This document shows positions 18,743 to 33,234 of a DNA stretch of 64,000 nt, in pieces. The stretch's first letter is position 1; each line of letters starts with the position of its first letter. Made by a program: the position numbers and the translations under genes. This DNA is from the human T2T-CHM13v2.0 reference genome, Homo sapiens. A model generated the notes under the pieces. It was not told the DNA's origin. It saw only the letters and a list, made by a program, of their open reading frames with translations, and did no database searches. The stretch lies in assembly GCF_009914755.1 (NCBI RefSeq), contig NC_060939.1; one strand, given 5' to 3'.

Positions 18743-19149
18743 TCATGTACATCTCTTCAAGATCTTTTTCAGCTTGTTAATATTCATCTAGGTAGGAAAC
18801 ATGGAATGTGATAATCTTCTGTAAGTTGTTCAGACTTGTCTTAAAAACTTGTGCCATTACCATTAAGGTTAAGTAATCCATATTATTAATATTCTAGATG
18901 CCTGAGGCACATGAACAATCATAAAAAGAACATTAAAAAAATCAAACCCAACCTCAGAGAAGATCACTTCAACAATTTTCCATATGCTCATTAGTCAGGC
19001 GTAAACATGCCTAACTTTAATATTATTAAAATACAAAAATGGAAAGAGCAACTTGCCCAAATTATAAACAGCTAGAAACACAGTACCAAATAAAAGCACC
19101 TCAGCCTGGACTAAGCCATCAAGAAGGCATTAAAAACCTCTTCCTAAAA

Positions 19150-21280
19150 CAAAAATGAGACACCGCTATATAACTATTAGAATGGTTAAAATCCAAAACA
19201 CTGATAACACCCAGTCCTGGAAAGGATGCAAAGCAGAAGGAGCTCTTGTTCATTGCAGCTGGGAATGCAAAATGCTACAGACACTCTGGAAGAAAGTTTG
19301 GCAGTTTCTTACAAAGCTAAACATAGTCTTATATACAATCCAGCAGTCATACTCCTAGATATTTACCCAACTGATTTAAAAATGTATGTCCCCACAAAAA
19401 CATGCACACAAATGTTTATAGCAGCTTTATTCCTAATCGCCGAAAACCAAATGTCTTTCAGTGGGTGAACAGATATGGTACATCCGTACGATGGAATAAT
19501 ATTCAGTGATTAAAAGAGAAGTGAGCCATCAAGCCACACAGAGGCATGGATGAATCCTAGATGCAGACTCCTAGGTGAAAGAATCCAGTATGAAAGAGCT
19601 ATGTATGGTATGATTCCAATTATATGACATCCTGGAAAAAGCAAAACTACGGAGACAGTAAAAAGATCAGTGGTGCCAAGGACCTAGCAGTTGGGAAGGA
19701 GGGAGAAGCACTGAATAGGTGAAACACAAGGATTTGTAGGGTAGTGAAACCATTCTGCATGATACTGTAATGGTGGACACATAACACTGCATTTGTCAAA
19801 ACCCATGAACTTTACAAAGCACAAAGAGCTAACCTGGATGTATATAAATTTTTACGAAATCATTTAGGAGGTCAGGAGCGGGGGTCCCAGGATGGAATGC
19901 AGAGTGTGACAAAACAATCTAACTGCATTACAAATGTATGAGACAATCTCACTGAAGTGGGCAGAGCAGAAGGTGCTGACCTAAGTAACTGTGAGAATGA
20001 GTGAAGACTGTAAGACTAAAGGCAAAAGAAAATGTACATAAGCACTGTACTCTATTTGCTGAAGTTGTTTCCCAAAGAGATATATGTTAATTCTGAAACC
20101 ATTATGCTTGTACACTGAAATTACAGAATTAAGTAAATGGATGGCGGGTGGTAAAAGCCAGGTTTCTCACTGTTTGGGAGGTTACAGTTTAGCAAAGAAG
20201 GAGGCTAGAACGATCCACATGGTAATAATCAGAGCTGGAGACATCACTATCAATTCATGCTATCAATTCATGCTTAGCTTAATATACATACAGATCGTCA
20301 CATACAGAAATATTTATAATTATGTGTATACACATGGGTTAGTATACACATAGGTATTTCCATGTTCTGTCATCTGAGGGGGCCAAGCAAGTGACACCCC
20401 AATAGCAACAAGCATACCTAGCACCCAAGTCTTGCTTTCTAATACCATTCTCCAAGAGAAGAGCCTCGATTCCTTGAAGAAATGGCTGATTCTAGGCCTT
20501 GGGCAGGAAATACACGAGATGAGCCTGGAGCAACTTCTAGTGCCAGAAAGCAAAGAGGTGCAGGAGTGCAGAAGGAAGGGATGGAGGGAGGGAGGACCGA
20601 GCAACTGAAAGAGCACCCAGTGGACAAAGGTGGAACAAGTTTAGCAACAAAATAAAAGCGTATATAATCCAAAATATAAATACGCATGGGGCCATATTGA
20701 CATAACTGAACAAATAAATGAGGAAGAACAGACAAATTTCCCTCCTGAACAGAAGAAATCACATAGATATTCCAACCTCAAGGAAGGAGAGTGTAACTCC
20801 CCACCCGTAAGTGTGAGCTGCATATTAGTGACCTTCTCCTGAAGAGCACAGTATGTAAAGGAGGGGAAAGGGTAACTCTGCAGTGAAGAAACCTGACAGA
20901 CACTCCCTTCAGTCAAGTGATCAAGGTCAACATCAACAACGATAAACCATGCTGACGGTACGTACCCTTGATATGATGTGATGGAAATGGCATTTTATCT
21001 CTACAGTCTTCCCCTCAGAAATCCATAACGCCAATCTAATTGTGAGAAAAACATCAGACAAATCCGAATAGAGGAAAATTTTACAAAATACCTGACTAGC
21101 ACTCCTCAAAACCGTCAAGATCATCAAAAACAAGGAATGCCTAAGACACTGGCACAGACAGGCGACAGGAGAAGCCTGGAGATATGACAATAGAAAAAAG
21201 ACAGCAGGTCAAAGCTAAGGACATTTAAATAAAGTATAGATTTTTATCTTTATAATTTTTCTGTAAATCTAAAACTCTCC
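19150..21280 (+). mobile_element. L1MC-type 3' portion (ORF2 end and long 3' UTR)
   Basis: AATGAGACACCGCTATATAACTATTAGAATGGTTAAAATCCAAAACACTGATAACACC...GCATTTGTCAAAACCCATGAAC...AGTGATCAAGGTCAACATCAAC. Confidence 0.8.
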
Positions 21281-21730
<450 letters not shown>

Positions 21731-22634
21731 CCCCTCTATGAGGCCCAACAGCTGTCACTTGAATAGACTGTTAAACACATGAGTATACGAAAAGTATCCC
21801 ACCAAATGAAGAAATGTAAGAACCAGGAAAATTTCCCCTTTGTCAAAAATTCTCAACATTTCAACTTTATTGGTTCTTTTCAAACAAATACTGGCGGTAT
21901 TTACAATAAAAAGGTATAGTGCAGTATCATACAGAAAAAGAAAATGTGATCATTAGAGTTCAAACTGCAGGCTCCAGTCGGCCTGCCTGGATTAAAACTC
22001 TGAATCTATCTCTCTACAAGCAGTACAACCTCGAACAAGGTTAAATAATCCTGTTTTAGGGAAGAACGGAAGCAGAGGCTTAGAAGAATGCAGTTTAAAT
22101 GGGGTTTCTCTCTATACCAAAAGAATAAGATAACTTTAAACCTCATCCACCCCCAAAAAAATCTATTTATTACAAAGGCTTAACTGAATCAATGTTCAAT
22201 TATAACTGCCTCCTGAAATTAATAGTGATTTCTGCCAAGTTAAGTGTCAGTTAGAAATCTTAAGTATTATGAAAGGCTTAGATCACCAAGTGATCAACAG
22301 CATTCAGTCTCTAAAAGTTGATGGACTGCAGACGACAAAACAAAGGCTGAGGCCCTGGTAGATTTCTATGCAGTTGGTAAAGGTATAAAGCAGCTTCACG
22401 AGGATGCATCCAGTTCCACGTAGGGAGGGGTGGATTATCTTTTTAAAAATAAACAAATCATACATTTTTAAATCAACACAAGCAAACGTCAAATTTCATG
22501 GTAAATAAAACCTCTGTAACACAGGGCCCACACTCCACAGCTTACTTCTCCAAACAAACACCACTCAGCTCTGCCCAGGTGCTGACCACCAACCATCTGT
22601 GGTCCACTGGTTCTCAGGCTGCCACTGAGGTTGA

Positions 22635-23099
<465 letters not shown>

Positions 23100-23199
23100 T
23101 AATAAGTACCCAAACAGTGAGTGTTCAAGCATTCCAAGTGCAAACTAAGCAAACGTAAATCAAAGTTTCCTCCTATTTCATTGGCCTCCCTGCTCAGTC

Positions 23200-24160
23200 T
23201 CCTCAGCTGGTGCCCCCTCACCTCTGACCTCTAACCCACTGGAGCCTCAAGGCTCAGCCCTCAGACCCTGCCTCTATCTCCCTAACTGCCCGTGTACTTA
23301 AATACCATCAATATGCTGCAGATGGTATTTGTATATCAAGCCTGAACTTCCCCAGTCTTCCCCTTTACCAGGAACCCTATCCCTGTGAGTTCCCTGGGAA
23401 TTCAACTGCTCAGGCAACCTGTCTCTCTCCCCACATCCTATCAACTCTACCTGCAAAATTTATCCATTTATCCACCACTTCTCACCAGTCACCTGGTCCC
23501 AGTCACTTCCCCTCACCTCTTCGCAGATGTATCAGCATGCCTGCCAACCAACCTCCCTGCTGCAACTCTGCAGCTGCCTCTCCATGAGCAGAGCAGAGGG
23601 ACCCTCTGGAAATGGAGGCTCGTCTGCCCCAACTCTCAGGGCCCTCTCAGCTCACTGACTGTAACCCTCAATGTTCTTATCACAGAAGGGGACAGGCCTC
23701 ACAGGACGCTGCCCCTCTCACTCACGTGCTCTAACTCAGCTTCCGTGTTTTCTCAGTCATGGACGTAATCACTGCCTCAGGGCCTCCGCATGCCCATTCC
23801 CTCTGTTTGAACTGCTCAAAACGTCCTTTCCCAGATATGACCATGGTTTGCCTCTCACTCTCTCAGCTGGACGAGCAGCCCCGTCCCTCCATCAGTCGAC
23901 CGCCTTATCATGCTTGTATTGCTTCAGACTCAGTGCCACCTGCGAGCAGCCCTGTCCCTCCATCAGTCGGCCGCCTTATCATGCCTGTATTGCTTCAGAC
24001 TCAGTGCCACCTGCCATTATTTATTTATTTGTCTCCTTATTTTCGGACATCCCCATAGAGAAACAAATGCATTGAGAGAATAGGAGCTTTGCTGTGTTCA
24101 CTGTGGCAGCCCCTATGCCTATAGCAGGGCCTGTCACACGCAGGTACGCAGACAAATTTT
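23200..24160 (+). mobile_element. Decayed L2 fragment
   Basis: Pyrimidine-rich body ending ...GTGTTCACTGTGGCAGCCCCTATGCCTATAGCAGGGCCTGTCACACGCAGGTACGCAGACAAATTT, resembling the L2 3' end. Confidence 0.55.
23872..24014 (+). repeat. Tandem duplication, 71 bp x2
   Basis: CGAGCAGCCC(C/T)GTCCCTCCATCAGTCG(A/G)CCGCCTTATCATGC(T/C)TGTATTGCTTCAGACTCAGTGCCACCTG at 23872 and 23943. Confidence 0.92.
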
Positions 24161-24178
24161 TAAAAATATATATTAACA

Positions 24179-24440
24179 GGCCGGGTGCGGTGGCTCACGC
24201 CTGTAATCCCAGCACTCTGGAAGGCCGAGGTGGGCGGATCACTTGAGATCAGAAGTTCAAGAACAGCCTGGCCAACGTGGCAAAATCCTCTCTACTAACA
24301 ACAACAACAATTAGCCAGGTGTGCTGGGGTGTACCTGTAATTCCAGCTACTCAGGACGCTGGGGCACAAGAATCTCTTGAACCCGGGAGGAGCCAAGCTT
24401 GCCCCACTGCACACTAGTTTGGGTGACAGGTTGAGAGTGT
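24179..24440 (+). mobile_element. Alu, tail replaced by (CT)n(AT)n
   Basis: GGCCGGGTGCGGTGGCTCACGCC start; internal deletion in the right arm. Confidence 0.9.
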
Positions 24441-25969
24441 CTCTCTCTCTCCCTCTCTCTATATATATAAACAAAGTTTTAAAAATTAAGTTTGTATTAT
24501 CTGGGATATTCAATATCCATGCTCACTTTACCCTAATAAAGTAACCAGAATTCTAAATTATTACAGAATCAATATATAAGCACCTAAAAAGTAAACAAGC
24601 ATTCCTCAGGTGGTAAAAATAAATGAAACCGTACTCAACTTTCTGCCTTAAATAAACCACATCATTTTAAATAAAAGTTGTGTCTTTAAAACCAGTGTAC
24701 CTGTTCCAGGAGACGGCACAGACATGTTAACTATGTGAAAGAAAAACTAGCACCTATAGTATTTTTCTGTCACAGGGAGTTTTTTTGTTTGTTTCTTAAG
24801 AAAAGGCTGTGGAAGTAATTGCTAGACATCCAAGAAAATAGCTTTGTACTTTTTTTTTTTTAAATCCCTGCCAGAGTTCAATGAGAGAAAACACAGAAGC
24901 CAAGCACTACAGGGTTAACCAAGATGATGTCAGCAAGCCCGAGCGTTAAATTGCTGAGTGAACGCTGAAAGATCTTTTTAGCCAGGGAAACATTTTGCTG
25001 TAATGGTACCATTACAAATTTTTTACAGTAATAACACAGCACATTATAAGCTTGCTCAACTGATAAGCTCTTTGTAAGGGTTAGAAGTCTACAGCCCTCA
25101 CACACAAAGACCTTTCTGTCTCAGAGTTCTTAGAAGTCAATAAGCTAAAAATCACATCCTGCACAATATCCACTTAGAGTCACAGAGGATCTAGTCTTCT
25201 ATTGCTTTGCCTAGTTTCCCCTTGGCATGGAGAAGCCATCAGGATACAGAGGCAGAGACAGCGACATCATTTTTGTGTCCAATTATCTCTTGGTTCTAGC
25301 CACTTTGTACTTCAAGACAATTTTGGATTTAAAGAAGAATTGTAAAGATGGCAGAGACAGTTCCCACAGCTTCACCCCGCTTCTTCTGATGTTAACATCC
25401 CACTTGACTATGCTACACAGAGCAAAACTAAGAAACTGATACATGTATACACTATTACCTAGAGTGCAGACTTTATTCAGATTTCACCAGTTTTCCCACT
25501 AATGTCCTTTTTCTCTTCCAATCTAGGGCCCCACAGTACATTTAGTAATCCCACCTCCTTGGTCACCTCTAGCCTGACAGTTTCCCGGTCTTTCCTTGCT
25601 TTTCCTGACCTGACACTTTTGAAGAACACGGGTCAAGTATCTTGCGGAAAATCCCACCCCTTGGTTTTGTCTGAAGTTTTCTCCGATTAAACTGGGGTTG
25701 TGGATTTGGGGAAGACTATGCAGAGCTGATGTGTCTTTCTCATGCCATCATGGTGGGGGGGGTACCTGACACAAATGTGACCCACTCCTGTGATGTCAAG
25801 GTGGTGTCCACCAGATTCCTATTCTCCACTCCATTCAGGAGCCTCGAGTCACCCTGTCCCTCCACAGTCAAGAGGAGGGAAATTAAGCTCCACTTCCAGG
25901 AGGAAGATTATCAAAGACTTTAAAATGAGCATAAAAACCACCACAGTGACTAACAAATACTTTGTTAAC

Positions 25970-26257
25970 TACTTTATTTGAGACAGAGTTTTGCTCTTTG
26001 CCCAGGCTGTAGTGCAGTGGCGCTGTCTGGGCTCACTTCAACCTCTGCCCCCCAGGTTCAAGTGATTTTCCTGCCTCAGCCTCCCGAGCAGCTGGGATTA
26101 CAGGCACCCACCACCACGCCCGGCTAATTTTTTGTATTTTTAGTAGAGACAGGGTTTTGCCATGTTGGCCAGGCTGGTCCCGAACTCCTGATCTCAGGTG
26201 ATCCACCCACCTTGGCCTCCCAAAGTGCTAGGATGACATGAGCCACCATGCCCGGCC
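25970..26257 (-). mobile_element. Alu (S-like)
   Basis: Reverse-complement dimer; AACTACTTT duplicated at the flanks. Confidence 0.93.
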
Positions 26258-26480
26258 AACTACTTTGTTTAAACTATAATTTGTTTGATAAATAAATCCG
26301 GAGTTACAGTTCATGGCAACTAACAAAAGCTGAGGCTTAAGAAGGCTTATAACCAGACCACATGAACATGTGTGAAATCATCAATTACAGAAACAAAAGA
26401 TGCTTTAAAATATCTTATAGTTTTAGCTTTAAGATGTTTGTCAGTTTAACCCCCTGCCAAAAGTCCTTTGTTTTCATCAT

Positions 26481-26869
26481 CTCATCTACTACAGAGTACT
26501 TCCACACTGGGACTCAGGCCTCGTCTACTACAGAGGACTTCCACACTGGGACTCAGGCCTCGTCTACTACAGAGGACTTCCACACTGGGACTCAGGCCTC
26601 GTCTACTACAGAGGACTTCCACACTGGGACTCAGGCCTCGTCTACTACAGAGGACTTCCACACTGGGACTCAGGCCTCGTCTACTACAGAGGACTTCCAC
26701 ACTGGGACTCAGGCCTCGTCTACTACAGAGGACTTCCACACTGGGACTCAGGCCTCGTCTACTACAGAGGACTTCCACACTGGGACTCAGGCCTCGTCTA
26801 CTACAGAGGACTTCCACACTGGGACTCAGGCCTCGTCTACTACAGAGGACTTCCACACTGGGACTCAGG
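26481..26869 (+). repeat. Minisatellite/VNTR, 39-bp unit x10
   Basis: CTCGTCTACTACAGAGGACTTCCACACTGGGACTCAGGC; the first copy has 2 substitutions, the rest are essentially identical. Confidence 0.97.
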
Positions 26870-26898
26870 ATTTAGTGCTGATCATCTGCCCACTTTTA

Positions 26899-27240
26899 CA
26901 GTCCTGGCCCCTGTAACGATGTCTCAGTCAACAACTGACCCCTTAGACTGTGGTCCCGTAAGATTGTAATACCTTATTTTCACTGTACCTTTCATATGTT
27001 GTGATATGTTTAGAAATACAAACACTTACCATTGTCTTACAGTTGCCTACAGTATTCAGCACAGTAACATGCTGTACAGGTTTGTAGCCTAGGAGCCGCA
27101 GGCTACACCATACAGCCTAGGTGTGTTGGAGGCTGTACCATCTAGGCTTGTGTAAGTGCTCTCTATGATGTTTATACAACAAAATCACCTGAGGATATAC
27201 TTTTCAGAATGCATCCCTGTCATTAAGTAACACATTACTG
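26899..27240. mobile_element. Tigger3/MER7-like DNA transposon
   Basis: TA|CAGTC...ACTG ends; internal CTTACCATTGTCTTACAGTTGCCTACAGTATTCAGCACAGTAACATGCTGTACAGGTTTGTAGCCTAGGAGC. Confidence 0.8.
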
Positions 27241-27514
27241 CATCTGGTTATACAACTCATTGCCAGTAACATGGCTCAGAGGAGAGAAGAAAGGAAAAGA
27301 ATACATATATATAAAACATTAACCTATCAAACATATGACTGGGGGCATTTGTGTGCCAAGTCTGGCCTCCCACTAACCTGACTTTATAAAAGTTACATAC
27401 TAGAAAGACCCAGGGCTAAATGGGATGATGTCAATTAACAAAAACATAACTTCAGTTCCCACACATCCATAACATCACTAAATCATAAGAAATGTTTTAA
27501 GAGTATAAATGGCA

Positions 27515-27680
27515 ATGACGGTTCTTAAACACTAGCAAGTGTAAGATTCACCAGAGAAGCCTGTCAACAGCGCAGATCACTGGACTCCACCTGCCAAGTC
27601 TGGGGCCTAGAAATGTGCCCATCAGCAAGCACCTCAAGGGATTCTCTTGCAGACGGTCTGCCTCTGAGAAACTCCCACCT
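27515..27680. mobile_element. Degenerate MER5-like hAT-Charlie element
   Basis: GGTTCTTAAAC...GATTCACCAGAGAAGCCTGT...TCTGGGGCCTAGAAATGTGC...GATTCT...TGAGAAAC pattern. Confidence 0.45.
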
Positions 27681-28117
27681 GGTCTAAGACCCACAGGCAA
27701 TGCTAATACTTCACGTCCACACACACGCTTACACTTCTAAACCTTACACTTCACCTCCGACTTTCCTATCCCAGACAACACTGCCTGAGGTGAACAACAC
27801 TGCCACCACCAGATGCAGCTGCACCTCTGTTCCCTCACCTGTTCCTTTTCAAACACCAGACTCTTATTAGTTCAATAAAGATGATTAAATGTTAGAACTA
27901 AAGACTCAAAAGCTTCGATGATGCCATCTTAAGACCTCTTAAAAATGTGAAAGGATGCCTTCGTGATTGGTTGGAACAGTCCAGAAACCCAGTCACCTTT
28001 ACAGAAGGGCGTGGCCCAGGCAACGAGAGTGCCTCCCACCGCTCCCCAACTCATCCTGCCTGCTCTAATTGATCCAGGCACCCACCCTGTGCTTTCCCAT
28101 ACAGCTTACAGTATTCT

Positions 28118-28362
28118 GCCTTGGTGTGCAGTGGCACAGTCACAGCTCCCTGCAGCCTCAACCTTCCAGGCTCAAGCCATCTTCCCACCTCACCTCCAAA
28201 GTAGCTAGGACCACAGGCGTGCAACAAAATACCCAGCTGATTTTTTTTTTTTTTGGCAGATACAGGGTCTTACTATGTTGCCCAGGCTGGTCTTGAACTC
28301 CTGGGCTCAAGTGATTCTCCCACCTTGGTGCTGCGATTACAGGCGTGAGCCACTGCTGAGCC
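28118..28362 (-). mobile_element. Alu (J-like), diverged
   Basis: GCAGCCTCAACCTTCCAGGCTCAAGC...AACTCCTGGGCTCAAGTGAT. Confidence 0.85.
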
Positions 28363-28426
28363 TTGTTTTATTCTTATTTCAAAATGCTTTGAATATTGAT
28401 ATACGTTTTAAAAGGCAGATTACCGT

Positions 28427-28814
28427 TGATATAGTTTGGATACTTGTCCCCACCCATATCTCATGTTGAAATGTAATCTCCAGTGTTGGAGGTGGGTCCT
28501 GGTGGGAGGAACTGGATCATGGGGGTGGATCCCTCATGAATGGTTTATCTGTGGTGCTGTCCTCCTAACAGTGAGTTAGTTCAAGATCTGGTTGTTTAAA
28601 CATGTGTACCACCCCCCTCCCCTTGCTCCCACTTGTGCCATGTGAGATGTCGACTCCCGCTTTGCCTTCCACCATGAGTAAAAGCTCCCTGAAGCCTCCC
28701 AGAAGCCAAGCACATGCCTGTGCTTACTGAACCACCAGCCAATTAAACCTCTTTTCTTTATAAATTACCCAGTCTCAGGTATTTCCTTATAGCCGTGTGA
28801 GAACGGACTAACAC
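28427..28814 (+). mobile_element. MaLR solo LTR (MST-like)
   Basis: TGATATAGTTTGGATACTTGTCCCCACCCATATCTCATGTTGAAATGTAAT...AATTAAACCTCTTTTCTTTATAAATTACCCAGTCTCAGGTATTTC...GGACTAACAC. Confidence 0.88.
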
Positions 28815-29329
28815 GCCAGTTCTATTATGGGAATTGAGGTGATAACAGCTGTGATCTCAATCTCTTCAAATGTATACAGGAAATGCCACTGTGCTATGTC
28901 TTAAGATAAAGAAAACGATATGTCGATCCCACCTCCTGAGAGTGTGCTAACAGGCTCTCACAATCACAGGACTCTGATATACCCAATGGTGGAACCATTT
29001 CAGAGATGTTCATGTACCTGGAGAAGGTTTGTTTTGCCAACAAAATAATCACAGATCCAAAGCAACTAACACATCCATTTTAGGTAAACTATGATTGGTT
29101 CTGTCAAAATAGTCTTCCCTAAATTGTAAAAACAAAAACATGAGATTCCAAGACTACAATGTTACTACAAAGCATATTCAAGTATTTGTTTACATAGATC
29201 AAAATCTATGTGGTGGTCTCAGGGAATGAGTTCTGAAGGGCTTTGCTTTTCAGATACTTGAGGATAGTTTCCGGTAGCCCTCACATTTCACAAGCAAGCA
29301 CTCACCTGTCCCAAACATGAGCTATGGTA

Positions 29330-29530
29330 ATAGGTAACATGCATCAACTCAATTTATCCTTGGAACCACCCTATAACGTAGACAATTTTTACCCTCACCC
29401 CATCTTTAAGGAAATTAAGGTTCAGGGGAGTCAGGTAACTCGCTGCCCAAGACCACACAGCTAGTGAAGAACAAAGCTGAATGAAGCACCATGATTCAAG
29501 TCAGGCCTATTTGTGCCCAAACCAATGTCC
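29330..29530 (-). mobile_element. MIR
   Basis: CCCATCTTTAAGGAAATTAAGGTTCAGGGGAG...GCCCAAGACCACACAGCTAGTGA...GATTCAAGTCAGG. Confidence 0.6.
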
Positions 29531-32500
29531 TCAGCATTCCCTGCCTCCCCTCAACTCTGATGCCATCTGGCCTTACCCTTCGCCCCACTCTGCCTCGTCA
29601 CTCCACTCATGCTGGCCACTGTGCTATGTCCTAAACTTACCACACATACTCCTCTGCACTGTCTCTCACTGCACCCCACCTCGCTCCACCAGCATATGAG
29701 ACCATGGTCTTGGCTTTCTGCACTGTTGTGTCCCCAGCTAGCACAGTGTCTTGCTACAGATGTCCAAAATTTATTTTTGAAATGAATGTATGTGAATATT
29801 GTAACTAATTGGTTGGAAGTCTTTCTAATTTTTAGAGCACAATACCCTGACTTCTTAAACAGAGTATAAGGCGACACTCAGCGTAATTCATCTAATTATA
29901 AAAAGCAAAATTTAAGCTGTGGAGCTAAGTCCCCATAACAGATGCTTTTAGGTGACATCAGTGAAAATGGCAGAGTGAAGACCTCCAAAAATCCTGTCTG
30001 CCCTGAAAGTAAAGCGAACACTGACAAAAATGGGCAGAGGCAGCCTTTCCAGGACTCTGGATATTAAAGATTTGCAGTAATCCAGACAGTATTTATGCAA
30101 GAAAAAGACAAAAATTTTGGTAACAGTAAGCTTGGTGGCATTTTAATTTGCCCTATTTCCAGTCTGTTTTCTACCCTAGCCTTGAAAAACAACAGTCTAC
30201 AATCACAGCAAAAACCAGCAGCTTGGAAGCCATTAGAGGGGTCAAAGAGGGGCTGGAGCTCCTTCAAAGCCCCATTCCCAAAGAACTGTCATTATCTGAC
30301 CTATCTGGTGGTTCCCTGGAAGACCTTGCAATGTTGTCTTTATTTGACCTGACTCAGAATTTTCCTATTGCAAACACCTTCTTGGAAGGGGATAGGGGGC
30401 TGGTCAAAAACAATCACAGGCAATTGTTGAATGCAGCACTGCCCAAGGGGATGGCTAACCATACACGCAGTGTGTGGGGGGAACAAACAAACAAAAAAAC
30501 AGGCTAAATAAAAAGCTTAAAAAGAAAAGCAGGGAATAAGATGCAATATGGGGTTTTGAAAAAGCTTCAATATATTACTCCTGGGAATCTACAAGGCCAC
30601 ACGCATGTGTGGGAGTGTGTGCATGTTCAGCAAAGACCCAAGAAGGCCCTAAGCTCTCTGTACAAGCAAGTTAAGTAGTTAAGTGAAGTTTAAGGCAGGG
30701 TTGTCAAATGCCTGCTGAGTGTTCAGGGCAAGCACCAACAGGTATACAAGAGACCCTCAGCAAAGAGCCAATAACTTTTTAGTTCCAGGCATCTAAGGAA
30801 ATCTCTGTCCAGTCATTAGCTAAGCACTAAGCAAATCATGTAGAGACTTCCGTGGCCACATACAAAAAAAATACACTGTACGGAACTGGTTCTGAAAAGA
30901 CACTAAACAAACAACAAAACCCAGCAATAACATCCCTGAAGGGGTAGATTTCAAGAGTTGTCACATTTAAATAATAGTAAGTAAATGTCTAGTTTCCAAA
31001 AAAAAAAAATTATGAGGTATCAAAGAAACAAGAAAGTATGGCCCATACAAAGGCGGAAAAAGCAGCCAATACGGCGACAGAAATTATTTGTATTTTTAAT
31101 GAGCCAAACAGAAATTATGGAGTTGAAAAGTACAATATCTGAAATGAAAATATCACAACAGAGTTGAACAGGCAGAGGAAAGAATCCATGAAACTGAAAG
31201 TAGGCCATTGCAATTATCTAGTGTGAGAAAGAGAAAGAAAACAGGAGTAAAAATGAGTAGAACACAGCATGACGGGCATTCCAAAGGAAAACAGAAACAG
31301 AGAGAAAGGGGCAGAAATACTCAAGAAATAATAAGTGAAAAATCTCCAAATTTGATGAAAAACAAGCCACATAACCAAGAGACACAACAAACTCCAAGTA
31401 TGATAAACTCAAAGGGATCACCTAGACACATCCTAATCAAACTGTTAAAAGCCAAAGAGAATCTTAAGAGTAGCAAGAAAAGCAACTCATGACATACAAA
31501 GGATCCTCAATAAGATTAACAACTGATTTCTTATCAGAAACCATGAAGGCCAGAAAGCATCCATTCAAAGTGATAAAAGAAAAAAAGATTGGCAACTAAG
31601 AATTCTATATCCAAGAAAGATGTCCTTTAAAAGTGGAGGAGAAATTAGGAAAAAAGTGAAGGAGAAATTAGGACATTCCAAGAGAAACAAAAGGAATTCA
31701 TCTCTAGCAAACTTGCTCTATGAAAAATATTAAAGGAAGTCTTTCAAGCTGAAATGAAAGAACATTATACAGTAACTCAAATAGGCATGAATAAGAAGCC
31801 CCATAAGGGTAACTACATAGGTAAAAAAGGGTATAAATGTATTTTTTATTTGTAATTCCTTTTTTCTCTGATCTGATTTAAAAGATAAGTACATAAAGCA
31901 ATTATTATAAATCTCTGTTGACTGGCATACAACGTATAAAGATAGAATTTATTTGACAACAACAGCACAAAGGGAGGAGACAACACAGCTACAGATGAGC
32001 AAATCTTGTGTTTACTACTGTTATTAAGTTGGTATTCATCAGAACTAAATTATCAGGTAAGATGTTCATCCCCAAGGCGACTACTAAAAAATACAGTAAA
32101 AGAAATGACAAGGGAATTACAATGGTACACTAGGTAATAAAAAAGGTAGTACTGGAGTAACAGAAAAACAAAGATATGACATACAGAAAACAGCAAAATG
32201 GCAGAGATAAGTCCTCCTCTATCAGTAATTATATTAAATGCAAATTAATTAAATACTCCAATTATGAGGCAATATTGGCAGAATGCATTTTTTAAATGAT
32301 CCAACTATATGCTGTCTTCATGAGAGACACACTTTACATTCAAAGACACAAACAAGTTGAAAGTAAAAGGATGAAAAAAGATATACCATGCAAATGGTAA
32401 CCAAGAGAGCTGGAGTCATCATACTAATATCAGACAAAACAGACTTCAGACAAAAATTGTTACTAGAAACAAAGAAGGAATTTTATAATGATAAAAGTGT

Positions 32501-32631
32501 CTATCCATCAAACAGGTATAACAAATATAAACATATATACATCCCAAAACACAGCCCTGAAATAAAAGGAGAAAAACCTGACAGAACTGAAGGAAGAAAT
32601 AGAGAATTCAACAATAACATTAGAGACTTCT

Positions 32632-33234
<603 letters not shown>

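Noticed and set aside
26362-26916. 184-aa mucin-like ORF and a CRISPR-like appearance of the 39-bp array
   Set aside because: Units are contiguous with no unique spacers and there are no cas genes; the ORF is a by-product of a 3n repeat unit.
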